The notes under the pieces: generated by a model | What the model saw: the letters and a program-made list of their open reading frames with translations, nothing else | What the model was told of the DNA's origin: nothing | Database searches by the model: none | In this document: positions 11,766 to 21,969 of the stretch, piece after piece | How positions within the stretch are numbered: the first letter of the stretch is position 1 | Layout of the letters: every line of letters starts with the position of its first letter | Position numbers and translations under genes: made by a program | Source: Pelagomonas calceolata | Taxonomy: Eukaryota | DNA: 64,000 bases | Assembly (NCBI GenBank): GCA_918797485.1 | Contig: CAKKNE010000002.1 | Location: 744,001 to 808,000 of the forward strand | Reading direction: 5' to 3'

Positions 11766-14329
11766 TCACCACTCCACGACCTCCTTGACGACCATGTCCG
11801 GGTGCAGCGGCCGCTGTTGCAAATTGACGGCCTCCTCCGTCGTGGCGACGATGGACGACACGCGCGCGAGGTCGTTCCGCGTCGCCTCGCTGACCTTGTC
11901 GGCGGCGTCGGGCGGCCACTGGACGTCCCAGGGGTACGAGGAATGCACTTTCTCGAGGGGCGCGAGGGCTTGCACCGGCGGCGCCTCGGCGAAGCGCCGA
12001 GCTTCCCGCTCCGGTGGTAAATCAGAGGCCTGGTTGAAGCGTCTTTCTAAACGCGCCCTCCTTTTCCGCCGCGCGCCGACCGCCAACAAGACGTTGCCGC
12101 CGCCGGCATCGTCGAGGAAATCGTCCGACGTCAAGGTGTTCGCCTCGCCCAGTCTAGCTTTGGCCCGGCCCAGCCGCCCGTACGCTTTGAGTGCTTTGAG
12201 CTCGTCCCGCACGTGATCGACGCGCGTCGCCATGTGTCGCTCCTTGGCCGTCCTCGTCCTCTGCTCCGTCAGGAGCACACTCAGTGTACATCCCTTCTCG
12301 ATCTCCTTCTCATTCAGGCCCGAGCCCGCGACCGCGCGCGCGGCGGCCGTGCGCCGCCTTTCGGTCCGCGTGCCGAAGATGGACGCCATGTTCGCGGTCT
12401 TCCCCGAGACGCGCGTTAGATTCTTCTGGGCCTGCGTTGGGACGCGGTAACGGTGGCGGTGGCACATCAGGACGCGGGCCAAAGGACCTCGGCCATGAGC
12501 GACGAGCGCTCGGCCTCCTTGGTCGCCTTGGCTTCCTCGAGGGCCCGCTGGCGCGCGCGGTGGCGGTCGTCGGCCCGCTTCGCCAACAGCCGCTCGCGCT
12601 GGCGATTCAAAGCTTCCTGGCGCGCCTGCTCCTCGGGCGTGCTCTTGTCGCGCACCTCGAGGAAGCCCGCGTCGCGCGCCGTCGCCTCCCGCAGCAAATA
12701 CTTGTCGAGCGGCACGGCCAGCGGTAGTAGGGCCGACGCGCCGCGATTTGCCGGCAGGCCCTTGCCGCGCGTGTAGTCGCCCGACGCGCGTCTTTTGTCA
12801 AGCTGCGGCGGCGCCGCGGCGTGCGCGCGCGCCAGGGCCGTCGTCCCCTCGTCGAACCGGGCAGACATGGCCGCGCGCTCGTCCCTTTCTCGTTTGGTAT
12901 AAGGACCGCAGCACAGCGTCCTCCTAACAGGATCGTAGGCCCAGAACGGCGTGCCGAAGGCCCGGACCTTCTGCGACGTCGCGAGCTGGCGATGACACAC
13001 ATCTAACGCCGCGTCCTCGGCGACGCGCTGCGCCGACGCCGACTCCCTCAAATCCCGCGGCACGGCCCGCAGCTTCTTGTCCACTTCTTCCACTCTCTTG
13101 AGCCACGTGTCCCAGGTGCCGAAGAACTCGTCGTCGCGCTGCTCTTTTTGGAGCGACGGCCAGCTCTTCAGGATGCGCAGGATTTCTTTGCGTTCCGGGT
13201 TGACGCGGCGCCACTTCGCTCGTTCCGGCCCCAGCAACGCGGCGTTGACCCGGTCCGCGCTTACTTGATCTTGCGCGACCGTCAGGGGACTCACCCTATT
13301 AATATCCGGTAAGCTTTCGTCAGCACCGTACTGCAACAACGCGCAGACGGCCTGGACGGGCCCCCTTTTGACCGCTTCCATCAACACACATTTCCGGTTT
13401 TCGGGCGACAACGTGTTCGCGTCGGCACCCGACGCCAGGAGCATCACGAGCATGTCCACGGTCCGCCGCTCATCGGCCAAAGCGCTAAGCCTCCTACCCT
13501 CGTCGCGCTGCGTCATCCTATCGGCGGCGTGCGTCGGGCCCCAGAACTGCCACGACGACTGGATGGGCCCGAAGCCGCCCGCGTTTTTTTTGTTCGGGTC
13601 GGCGCCGAACTCCAAGAGGAGCTCGACCATGGCCGCGTCGCCGCGCCTTACAGCTAACTCGAGGGCGACGGTCTGAATCGCGGGCTCCAACGGGTCCCAT
13701 TGATCGGGCCGCGTGAAGCCCGCCAAGAACAGGATCCGCAGCCGCTCGCTATCGCCCGCCCTCACGGCATCCCACCAGTCATGCAACTCCTTGCGGTCCT
13801 TGAGAAACTCCTGCGTTTTACATGAGACGTTCCAGGCGATCTCGCCCTCCGTCGTTCCGGCCAGCTCCCCGTCGTCGTCGAACTCGCCGTCTCCTGCTGG
13901 TGGTTTGGGCGGCTCGATCACGGCCTCCTCGATGTATTTAGCTATCCGCGACCGCCCCTGCTCGGCGTCAAAGGCTTCTACCTCTCTATCGATCTCCTCC
14001 AACGTGGCCCCGACGCGATCTAACGTACTACCGACGCGCTTCTGGATCAGCGCCTTCAATGCAAAAGTCTCGTGCCGCACCTTCTCCTGCACGCTCTCGC
14101 CCTTCCTCGCTTGGATACCATTTACTCGGTCCCTTATTCCATCAATACGCCCTTTATACTGAGCTTCTCTCAGCTCGTCCCTGGAGACAGCGCTTCCAGG
14201 AACAGGGAAGTCCGACGCGATGGCGTGCTTGTGGTACCGGCCCAGGAAGTCGACCAAACCCCACTGGAGCGTTTTATCATCATCCTCGGGCACGGCCGCC
14301 ATGCGCTGGGAGGGCGGGGCGCGGGCCAT
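11766..14329 (-). CDS. Ankyrin-repeat protein, 2 exons
   Basis: Ankyrin motifs (LLEFGADPN, LLASGADAN, LLQYGAD); phase-0 GT-AG intron 12487-12432 joins two ORFs. Confidence 0.75.
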
Positions 14330-14571
14330 GGCGGTGTGCTTGGTTGCCGGGGCTGCCGCGGCGCACGCGTCGGAGGGTGCTGCGCGCGCGAGACACCTCG
14401 CTTGGTACTGCACAGTGCTACCTCGAGAGACGCTACCCCTCTCGGCACAAGCTCGTAGCACCAGGAGGCTGGGGCGCTGGGGCACAGAGCCAGTGATTCT
14501 ACGCGAGCACTGAGGAGTCTCCGTACGGCGTGCCGAGCTGTGGCTGTGGCACCCGGGGAGAAGTCCGGCTT

Positions 14572-14593
14572 GCTAGTGTCTTACGCCGCTAGC
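14572..14593 (+). promoter_or_regulatory. CTAG-bounded upstream motif
   Basis: gctagtgtcttacgccgctagc, between divergent genes. Confidence 0.65.
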
Positions 14594-14734
14594 TATCGAG
14601 CAGAGGCTCGCGTCAAATCGGCGCAGCCTTCCCAGACGTGTGCTTGTTGGCCGCATCGCTGCACACCACGCAGTGCGCATCGCTGCGGCGACTCCACGCG
14701 CGCGTCCCAGCGAGCGGCCTGCGCTTTGCGAGGG

Positions 14735-15026
14735 ATGGCGTCTGGGTTCGGGGCATTCGGCGGAGAAGGCCGCTGCTACAAGTTCTTCCAGACCTTCAAG
14801 GAGTGCATGAAGAACACCGACGACAAATTTACCTGTGTGCCCGCACGCCGCCGCGTCCTCGCCCTTCGCGGTCCTTCGCGCCGACTCTCGCCGCCCTCGA
14901 CGCCATCGCCGCGCGCAGGCCCAGGAGGATTACTACGAGTGCCTGCACCACAAGAAGGAGTTCACGCGACGGAACGAGGTCGAGGCGCACCGCGCCGCCG
15001 CGGGCAAGGGAGGCGGGCACGGATGA
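14735..15026 (+). CDS. NDUFS5: Complex I 15-kDa twin-CX9C subunit
   Basis: [20 protein letters not shown]...[17 protein letters not shown] intron 14843-14918. Confidence 0.85.
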
Positions 15027-15418
15027 TGCCCCGAGCGCGGCTTGCTTATTAAAAATAGATGTACTTTAGTCGTCCGATTTCTGTTTTCATATATACGAAG
15101 GTCGAGGCGGGCGGGCGCGCGTGCGATGTGTGGAAGGACTCGCATCGCTAGTGCATCGACACACTAGTTGAGATGCCACTGCCACGCTTGCGCTCTCTTT
15201 GCAGTGCGTGCGTACGAGCCCGCTGATTGCATACAGCCGTGATCGGTGTTCAGTAGCCGGCTGCATTGATTCGTCGCTGCGAAAAAGCAGAGCGAAGCGC
15301 GCACCGCAAAGTTGAGCACCCAAAAGTTGACAGTGACTGCAGTGCCACTGCACCGTCCACGCCGCCGCTTCAATCAATTCCCTCAGCAGCCCGCGCCAGC
15401 TCTAGACAGGCCAGCACA

Positions 15419-16453
15419 ATGCGCGTAACACTCGCATTCGCGGCATGCGCGGTCGCGTTCCGCGCGCCGACGCCGCCGCTGCGGCAACGTGTAACACTGC
15501 GCGCCGCGGACCTCGACGAGATCCGCAAAATGCGCGCGTCCGCGATCCAGCAGGAGCTGCGCGCGGCGGGCGTGCGTTATGATGATTGCTTCGAGAAGGA
15601 CGAGCTCGCGAAGCGCCTGCTGGCGTTCCAGAACGGCGAGGACGTGCCGAAGAGCGCGCCGGCGCCGGCGCCCGCGCCGACGCCGCGCCCGGCGCCCGCG
15701 CCGAAGACGCGACGGCGGCCGGAGGACGAGGACGTCATCGACGTCTCCTCCTACAAGGCGCCGCCGTCGCAAAAAACGGCGCCGCCTCCAGCAGATTTCG
15801 ACGCCGAGGCCGAAATGGCCAACGCGTCGAAGATGCGCATCAAGGAGCTCCAGGCGGCGCTGGGGCGGATGGGCGTGTCGACGCGCGGCATGCTCGAGAA
15901 GGCGGAGCTCGTCGACGCGTACGTCGGCGCGCTCCGGGACGGCAAGCGGCCCGACGCGGCCGCGGCGGGCGACGACGTCTTCGACGACGACGTGGTCGAG
16001 CTCAAGACCTCGAAGATGCCCAAGGCGGGCGGCGGGCCCCAGCAGCCGCCGGCGGGCGGCTCGCCCTTCGGCGGCGGCGCGCCCGGCGGGAGCCCGTTCG
16101 GGGGCGGCGCGCCCGGCGGCTCGCCCTTTGGAGGGGGCGGCGGGAACCCGTTCGGCGGCGGCGCGGGCGGCATGCCGAACATCGCCGACATCTTCTCGGG
16201 CATGGGCGGCGGCGGCATGGGCGGCAACCCCTTCGGGGGCATGGGCGGCGGCGGTATGGGCGGCGTCCAGGAGCTCTTGCAGAAGGCCATGGGCAACCCC
16301 AAGGTCATGGCCGCCGTCCAAAAGGCGGCGGGCAACCCGAAGGTCATGGCCGCGGTCCAGGACGTCATGCAAAATGGACCGGGCGCGATGAAGAAGTACG
16401 AGAACGACCGCGAGGTCAAGGCGATCCTCGACGAGTTGAAGGGGATTCTCTGA
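15419..16453 (+). CDS. Plastid-targeted STI1/HOP-DP domain co-chaperone-like protein
   Basis: AVA-FRAP presequence, two EKxEL helical modules, Gly/Phe repeats, and a MGNPKVMAAVQ STI1 tail. Confidence 0.75.
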   Translation: MRVTLAFAACAVAFRAPTPPLRQRVTLRAADLDEIRKMRASAIQQELRAAGVRYDDCFEKDELAKRLLAFQNGEDVPKSAPAPAPAPTPRPAPAPKTRRRPEDEDVIDVSSYKAPPSQKTAPPPADFDAEAEMANASKMRIKELQAALGRMGVSTRGMLEKAELVDAYVGALRDGKRPDAAAAGDDVFDDDVVELKTSKMPKAGGGPQQPPAGGSPFGGGAPGGSPFGGGAPGGSPFGGGGGNPFGGGAGGMPNIADIFSGMGGGGMGGNPFGGMGGGGMGGVQELLQKAMGNPKVMAAVQKAAGNPKVMAAVQDVMQNGPGAMKKYENDREVKAILDELKGIL

Positions 16454-16575
16454 TAAGCTATTTAATGTATACGCAGTCTTTAGCCCGGTCGCGGCGGTCA
16501 CCATGGAATAATAGTGTGAAAAGAAATCTAGACCCGAGGCGCGAGCGCCTGAAGTGCACCGACGACATCCTAGAG

Positions 16576-18189
16576 TTACGACGACCCCGCAGCGTCCTTC
16601 CACACGTCGCACGCGCGCCGGCCCGCCTCGACCTTCGTGTATTGGATCTGGCCGTCTACTTTTTTTGGTTGTACAAGTACTTCCATGAATGCGTCGCAGG
16701 CGCCGTCGACCTGTGCGCAAATCGAGCCGGCGTCGCGTCGATGGCGTGGAGGTCACGAGTGCGCGCGCCACGACATTGATTTATGCGCTGCCGTCGACCG
16801 ACGCCGCCACGGCCGCGAGCTTCCCGGCGTCGTCGAGCAAGTCCCCGAAGCACCGCCGCGTGACTGCCGCCGCGACCTGTGTAGAATTTAAACTTCAGGC
16901 GCCCCCCACGCCATCGACGCGATGTCTTGATTTCCGCACGGACCGTGACCCTACGTAAATACGACGCGATGCAGTCGGGACAGACCAGCTCCCGGTCGAC
17001 GACGCGCGCTCCCAGCGCGAGCTGCGCGCGCGCCTTCGAGTAGCGCGGGTCGTTGAGGCCCTCGACGACCTTGATCGCGTTCGCGGTATCCACGATGCCT
17101 ACGTTCTGCAGATGTGCCAGCGCCGGGTAGTACCACTCAACCAAGCGCGCGTTCCAGAGGAGCACGACGGCGCCCGTCGCCCACCTGCGGTCGGTCGCGT
17201 CGCCGGCGTCGATCACCCCTAAGGACGCCGCCGCCGCGCAGGTGGTTCAGGTTCCTGCTATAGCTCCCGCTCGTCTCGCCCGGCAGGTTTAACAAGTACT
17301 GGTACCGCGCGTAGTCCTCGGGCTCGACCCACGCGTCGTCCAGGACCTTCGCCGGGTTCCGGACCACGCTGGACCGGGCCTGGTCGTGCTCCCATCGCTC
17401 CTGGCCGGAGACGCAACTAAAGTCCGACGGCGGCGCGCTCCGCGAGCACTTGACATCAAACAGATCGGGCCGCCGCACGGACAGCGCCGCCCCAAGCATG
17501 CGCGCGCGGTTGCCCCGGTCGCGCGAGCACGTCGTCTCGCCCCACTTCTCCTCCTGGGTGAGCGTCTCGTCTTTCCCGGGGTGGTTCGTCGCCAATCGAC
17601 CCTCGCGGTTCTCGTGGTTCAAACACGAGCCCCTCCAAAACACGCGCGGGTCCGTGCCATTTAACTGGATGGATTTTTGTCTGATATGGTCCTGCTGCCG
17701 GGCCCACGCACCGTGGAGGTCGCCCCGCCCGAAGTAGGGGTTCGGCACCAAGATGCCGCACTGCGCGTAGCCGCTCCGCTTCGCTATGACGGTCGTAGGG
17801 ACTTCATACCCGGTGCCGTTGATGCAGGGCGGCCCCGTCGCCCCGCCGTCGGCCCCTGAAATATGAGCGTAGGCCGTATTTGTCAAACCGCCGTTCCTTA
17901 TTGTAGATGCCAGCATGATCGCGTGGCCGCGCTTCTTTGAAGAGGCCATAAACTTCTCCGTGGCGAAGAGGCGGCCGTCAACTACAAAAATGGCCGAATC
18001 GCGGAGCTCCGCCCCGAACAACTTTCGCGCGACGGCGCGCCCGTCTTCATTGGCCACGAACTCGCCGACGCTCCGCTCCAGTTCGCTTTGGATGTGCTGG
18101 TGCCGCGCCCTCCGCGCGCGCACGTGGTTGCCCCCTACGTGCACCATGGAGTGGGCCCTTTTATGAAGCCGCTTCGCCTCGCTCGTGAC
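16576..18189 (-). CDS. CAP10/GT90-like glycosyltransferase; 5' end unresolved
   Basis: VFWRGS, YQYLLNLPG..SYSRNL and EWYYPAL motifs; introns 17185-17239, 16877-16949 and 16711-16798 keep the frame. Confidence 0.7.
16711..16790. mobile_element. Introner, family A-related
   Basis: Perfect TSD ccgtcgac at 16703-16710 and 16791-16798; degenerate TIR ctgtgcgcaaatc / gatttatgcgctg. Confidence 0.8.
16877..16941. mobile_element. Introner family A, degenerate
   Basis: Ends ctgtgtagaattta / ttgatttccgcacgg; flanks gccgcgac / accgtgac. Confidence 0.75.
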
Positions 18190-18251
18190 CTGTGTAGAGG
18201 CGCCGCGGGCCACGACCCCCTCGCCTAACTAACGAACGAGCCACTTAAGTA

Positions 18252-19460
18252 CTAAACCGCCCGGAAGCTCGACCCCCCCCTCAAAACGCCGACGTCCTCC
18301 AACAAATCCGTCTTCGCCGCGTCCGTCACGGGTTGTAAGTCGGGCACTTTGGCAGCGATGGCATCCAAACATCTAGCGATGTCCGCCGACGCCTGGGCCC
18401 GCAAAGTCACGAGGCGCGTGTCCTTCAACGCGTGCTGCTTGCTCGCGACCTCGACGAAGACCTGGGGGCACGCCTCGCGAATCTTGGCGAGGGTCGCGCC
18501 CTTCTTGCCGATGACGCGACCGACCATCCTTTCTGGTATTTCTACTCTACATTTTTGGCGGTCGTCCGCGGCGAGGAGTGGCGCCGGCGCGAAGGCCGGG
18601 CCAATCTCAAGACCCTGTGTAAGGCGCTTCACGTCAAAGAAGGCCACAGCCACAGTAGCGGCGACGTCGGCCGCGGCGTCGTGCGCCTCACCTACACTTT
18701 GTGGCGCGTCGACCTGCTTGAGTAATTGGCGCACGCCCGGCGCGCTGGCGCGAGGCCCCCAGTGCAGGAGCATCGTGTCGATACTGCGCCTTCGTAGGGC
18801 CGCGCCGTGAATTCGGAGAACTCGCAAATCGCTGCACAGCTTGTGGCCGACCAAAAAACACGTGTCGTCGAATCGCGACAATATAACCCGCTGCACGTCT
18901 TGGACGGATGCCAACGACCCCCGCGCGGCGACGTGGGCCTGCCTAGATAGCCCATGGACGGAATCCTTCCAGTCTATCAATTGCGCTTGATGGTCGTCCC
19001 ACCAGTGGAGCTCGTCTCCGGGGTTAATTTTATCGTTGAACAACGTTTCTTGCGACGCGCGGACGCCATCTACACTTGATTCCCACCTCGTGCGCGTGAC
19101 GCAGGCCGACACGGGGAAGCGCTCGCCGTCCCGCCGCCGCTCGCACATCTCCACGTCGAGACAAAGCCACGTCACGGCCTCGCCGCCGGACGGCGGTTTT
19201 GAATCTAAACGCGCCCAGCCCTCGGCTTGCTCCATCGCGACGAGGGGGCCGTACAACTCGGACGCCATGAACTTGCCGTGGCGCGCCGTCGCCGCGGCCA
19301 TCGCTCCCACGTCGGCCGCGAGTCTCGCGAGCGACGTGCCGCGGAGGGGCAGGACGTACGGTTGTTGTGAAGTGGCGGGCGTCGGCGACGACTCGGCCGT
19401 CCTGCGGCGCTTCGAGGGCGTGAGGTCGCTGGCGTCCATGGTCGGGTCCGAGTCGGTCAT
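18252..19460 (-). CDS. DEDDh (REX-like) exonuclease with C-terminal KH domain
   Basis: LDVEM, LVGH..SDL, IDT and HDAAAD motifs; KH motif VGRVIGKKGATL. Confidence 0.85.
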   Translation of the reverse strand: MTDSDPTMDASDLTPSKRRRTAESSPTPATSQQPYVLPLRGTSLARLAADVGAMAAATARHGKFMASELYGPLVAMEQAEGWARLDSKPPSGGEAVTWLCLDVEMCERRRDGERFPVSACVTRTRWESSVDGVRASQETLFNDKINPGDELHWWDDHQAQLIDWKDSVHGLSRQAHVAARGSLASVQDVQRVILSRFDDTCFLVGHKLCSDLRVLRIHGAALRRRSIDTMLLHWGPRASAPGVRQLLKQVDAPQSVGEAHDAAADVAATVAVAFFDVKRLTQGLEIGPAFAPAPLLAADDRQKCRVEIPERMVGRVIGKKGATLAKIREACPQVFVEVASKQHALKDTRLVTLRAQASADIARCLDAIAAKVPDLQPVTDAAKTDLLEDVGVLRGGSSFRAV

Positions 19461-19679
19461 CGTCGGCTGCGTTGCGCGCTGGCGTCCCTCGTCGCAGCGA
19501 TGCGGCAATGCCTGACAGCCTTAACAGGTTGATGGAGCAGCTGACGGCGAGCGCGCGGTGGCCCAGCCGAAACTAGTGCGTTTCTTTATCTAGCTCGGAG
19601 AGCAGCGCACAAAAAAAGGCCCGTCGTGCGCAAAGCACCAAAGGCGTCACCGCTGCCTTCGTTTGGTCGATAACGGCCG

Positions 19680-20752
19680 ATGCCGGCCGCGCGGCCGGCG
19701 CGCCGCCTCGCCGCGCTATGCGCGTGGGCGCTGGGAGGTTTGGAAGTGAAGCCGCCGGCGGGGCGGCGCCCGCGCCGAGCGTCGACCACCACGACGTCGT
19801 CGACTACGGCGATTGGCCGTGCCCGGCGAATCGCCCCGCGTGCGCCGGCGCGCCCCCCCGCGTGGCGTTCCTGATCGCGGGCGAGGCGCGCGGATTCGCC
19901 GAGCGCTACGCGGCGTCGCTGAAGAAGTACGTACTCGACGACTTTGGGGCGCATCCGGACTCGGCGTTACTCCTCGTGCTGACGGGCGCGGAGCGTCGGA
20001 ACGAGACGACGTGGGCGTCTCTCAAGAGGGCGCTGCGGCCCGCGCTCGTCGAATTCGTCCCGGACGCCGCGCGGCCGGGCCTCCCCTTGGAAGGTCCCGA
20101 CGCGCGCCTCCGTCAAAATGTGTCCCTACCCGGGTGGCCCTCCCAGAATGCCACCGGCCTCCACCACAAGGCGTCGCGCGGCTTCTACGAGTGCGTGAAC
20201 GGAACGCGCTGGGCCGACGCGGCGTACGCGGCGGCTGTCGACCGGTGGTGGGGGACCATGAGGCTCGCTCTGAATCTTCTCGAGGCCCGGGAACGCGCGA
20301 TTGGCCGCCCGTACGATTTCGTCTTCTTCGCGCGGCCGGACGTCCGGTACCTCAGCGGCTTCGGGCCCTGGTGCGGCTACGACGCGACGACGTGGTACTC
20401 CGGGGGCCACGGCGCGCCGGACATGCTCTGGTACATGCCGCGCGGCGTCGCCGCCGACGTCCTGAATTCCTTAGACGCGCTGTACGGCTGCGCCGGCCCC
20501 GGCCACCTCTGTTGTATCAAAGAGTACTCGTCCCGCGAGGTCGAGCTCCTCAAGTCGTACTGGGCCCTCTGGTACTGGCGGGCAGCGAAGGGTTACGCGC
20601 TCTCTACGCGACTTCGGGGCAACGCGTCCGTCGTCGGCCACCACACGCGCGTGGGCGGACGCGGCATCTACATTGGCTGCGGCCACAGGAGCCGCGCCGG
20701 CGCGGGCGTCGTCGAGGAACTGTTCGGGCCCGACGTCTGGCCTGCTCCATAA
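19680..20752 (+). CDS. Putative secreted glycosyltransferase-like protein; N-terminus in a different frame
   Basis: RVAFLIAGEAR and YDFVFFARPD in the 19718 frame; signal-like leader in the 19680 frame. Confidence 0.55.
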
Positions 20753-20806
20753 TGTTTGTGGTATGTAAGTGGATTGTATAATTGCAACAACGGTCGAAAG
20801 CTAGAC

Positions 20807-21460
20807 TTAGTCCTCGGACGACGCATCAGGAGGCGGGTCGTCGCCGCACCACGGGTCCGCCGCGAGCGGCTCGTAGACGTCCGGGTCCGCCATGCCGTAG
20901 TCCTTGACGCGCTCATTAAATGACGGTTCGGTGAAGTTGTCGTCGTCCAGCGAGTACGTTGTGGCCGCGGCCTCCTTCAGCGTTTGTACGTCGACGTCGG
21001 CCGGGTCCAGGCCCCGCTCTCTCATTATAGCCTCGACGCGCTCCTCGGAAATCTCGTCGGGGTTCAGCCACCACACGGAACCAGGTAACGCGTCCACCAC
21101 GGCCTTGGGCCCGCCGCTCTCCTTCGTGGCCTCCATCCACGAAAACTGGTTCGGCCTTCTTCTATTTTTGGAGGGCGGCTTCGGGTTCGCGAAGCCGCAC
21201 CGAAAACACTGCCGCCGACTCGCGAAGTTCATGGCCCGGCACTTCGGGCAGTCCCAGTCCCCAGGGCGCTTCTCGAAGTCTCCTCGGCCCCGGCCCCGTC
21301 CCCGGCCGCGTCCTCGGCCTCGCCCGCGCCCGCCGCCGCGGCCGCGCTCGGAGTACTGGTAGTCCGCGTCTCGGATCGTCAGCGCGCGGCGCGGTCGTGG
21401 TGAAGCGCTGAAGCCGCGGCAGCCCTGCAGCAGCGCCGCGGCGACGGCGAGGCGCAGCAT
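20807..21460 (-). CDS. RanBP2-type zinc finger / RG-repeat RNA-binding protein, plastid presequence
   Basis: RPGDWDCPKCRAMNFASRRQCFRC, (RG)n tract and CRG-FSA leader. Confidence 0.85.
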   Translation of the reverse strand: MLRLAVAAALLQGCRGFSASPRPRRALTIRDADYQYSERGRGGGRGRGRGRGRGRGRGRGDFEKRPGDWDCPKCRAMNFASRRQCFRCGFANPKPPSKNRRRPNQFSWMEATKESGGPKAVVDALPGSVWWLNPDEISEERVEAIMRERGLDPADVDVQTLKEAAATTYSLDDDNFTEPSFNERVKDYGMADPDVYEPLAADPWCGDDPPPDASSED

Positions 21461-21687
21461 TTGCTTGCGCAGCAGTGTGGTGTTGTTACTGCGCCGAGCG
21501 CGCAGCCGTTGCGCCTGCGTGCAGCTTGCAGCGCGGCAGTGAATCGCTCGCAGCGGCGCGCAAAACGCACGCAGCAGTTTGCGTTCGAGCGATGCGGTAC
21601 TGGAGAGCGACAGGGCACGCTGTATTCGCTGATTAGCCAGTTCTATGAGCCACAATAGCCGCCAGAGCGGAGGCAGGCTGAAGAGAC

Positions 21688-21709
21688 CTAGCGCCTGTAA
21701 GACACTAGC
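21688..21709 (-). promoter_or_regulatory. CTAG-bounded upstream motif
   Basis: Reverse complement gctagtgtcttacaggcgctag, between divergent genes. Confidence 0.65.
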
Positions 21710-21969
21710 AGCCCGCCCGCAGCGGAGTGGTCCGAAGCGTAGAGCCTCGGCCGCCGAGGGATGCCTGCGCCGCTATAACATTGGCTTCCAGAAGTCAAGT
21801 ATCTCCAACCCCTGGCTGATGGGCAGCGCTGCGCATTGGGCAGCCTCGTGCAGAGTCCTGCATCATCAATTTACATTGGTTTTGGGCTGCGACCAAGCAA
21901 TGCGCAGCCGCCTAAGCTGTCGAAACTGCAGCTGGTGAGAGCCTGCCCCCTTAGCCAGCCGCGGCCGCG

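Noticed and set aside
16050..16270. Tandem GGSPFGG repeats, plus coding repeats at 29750-31280 and 46670-46830
   Set aside because: Ordinary low-complexity protein repeats
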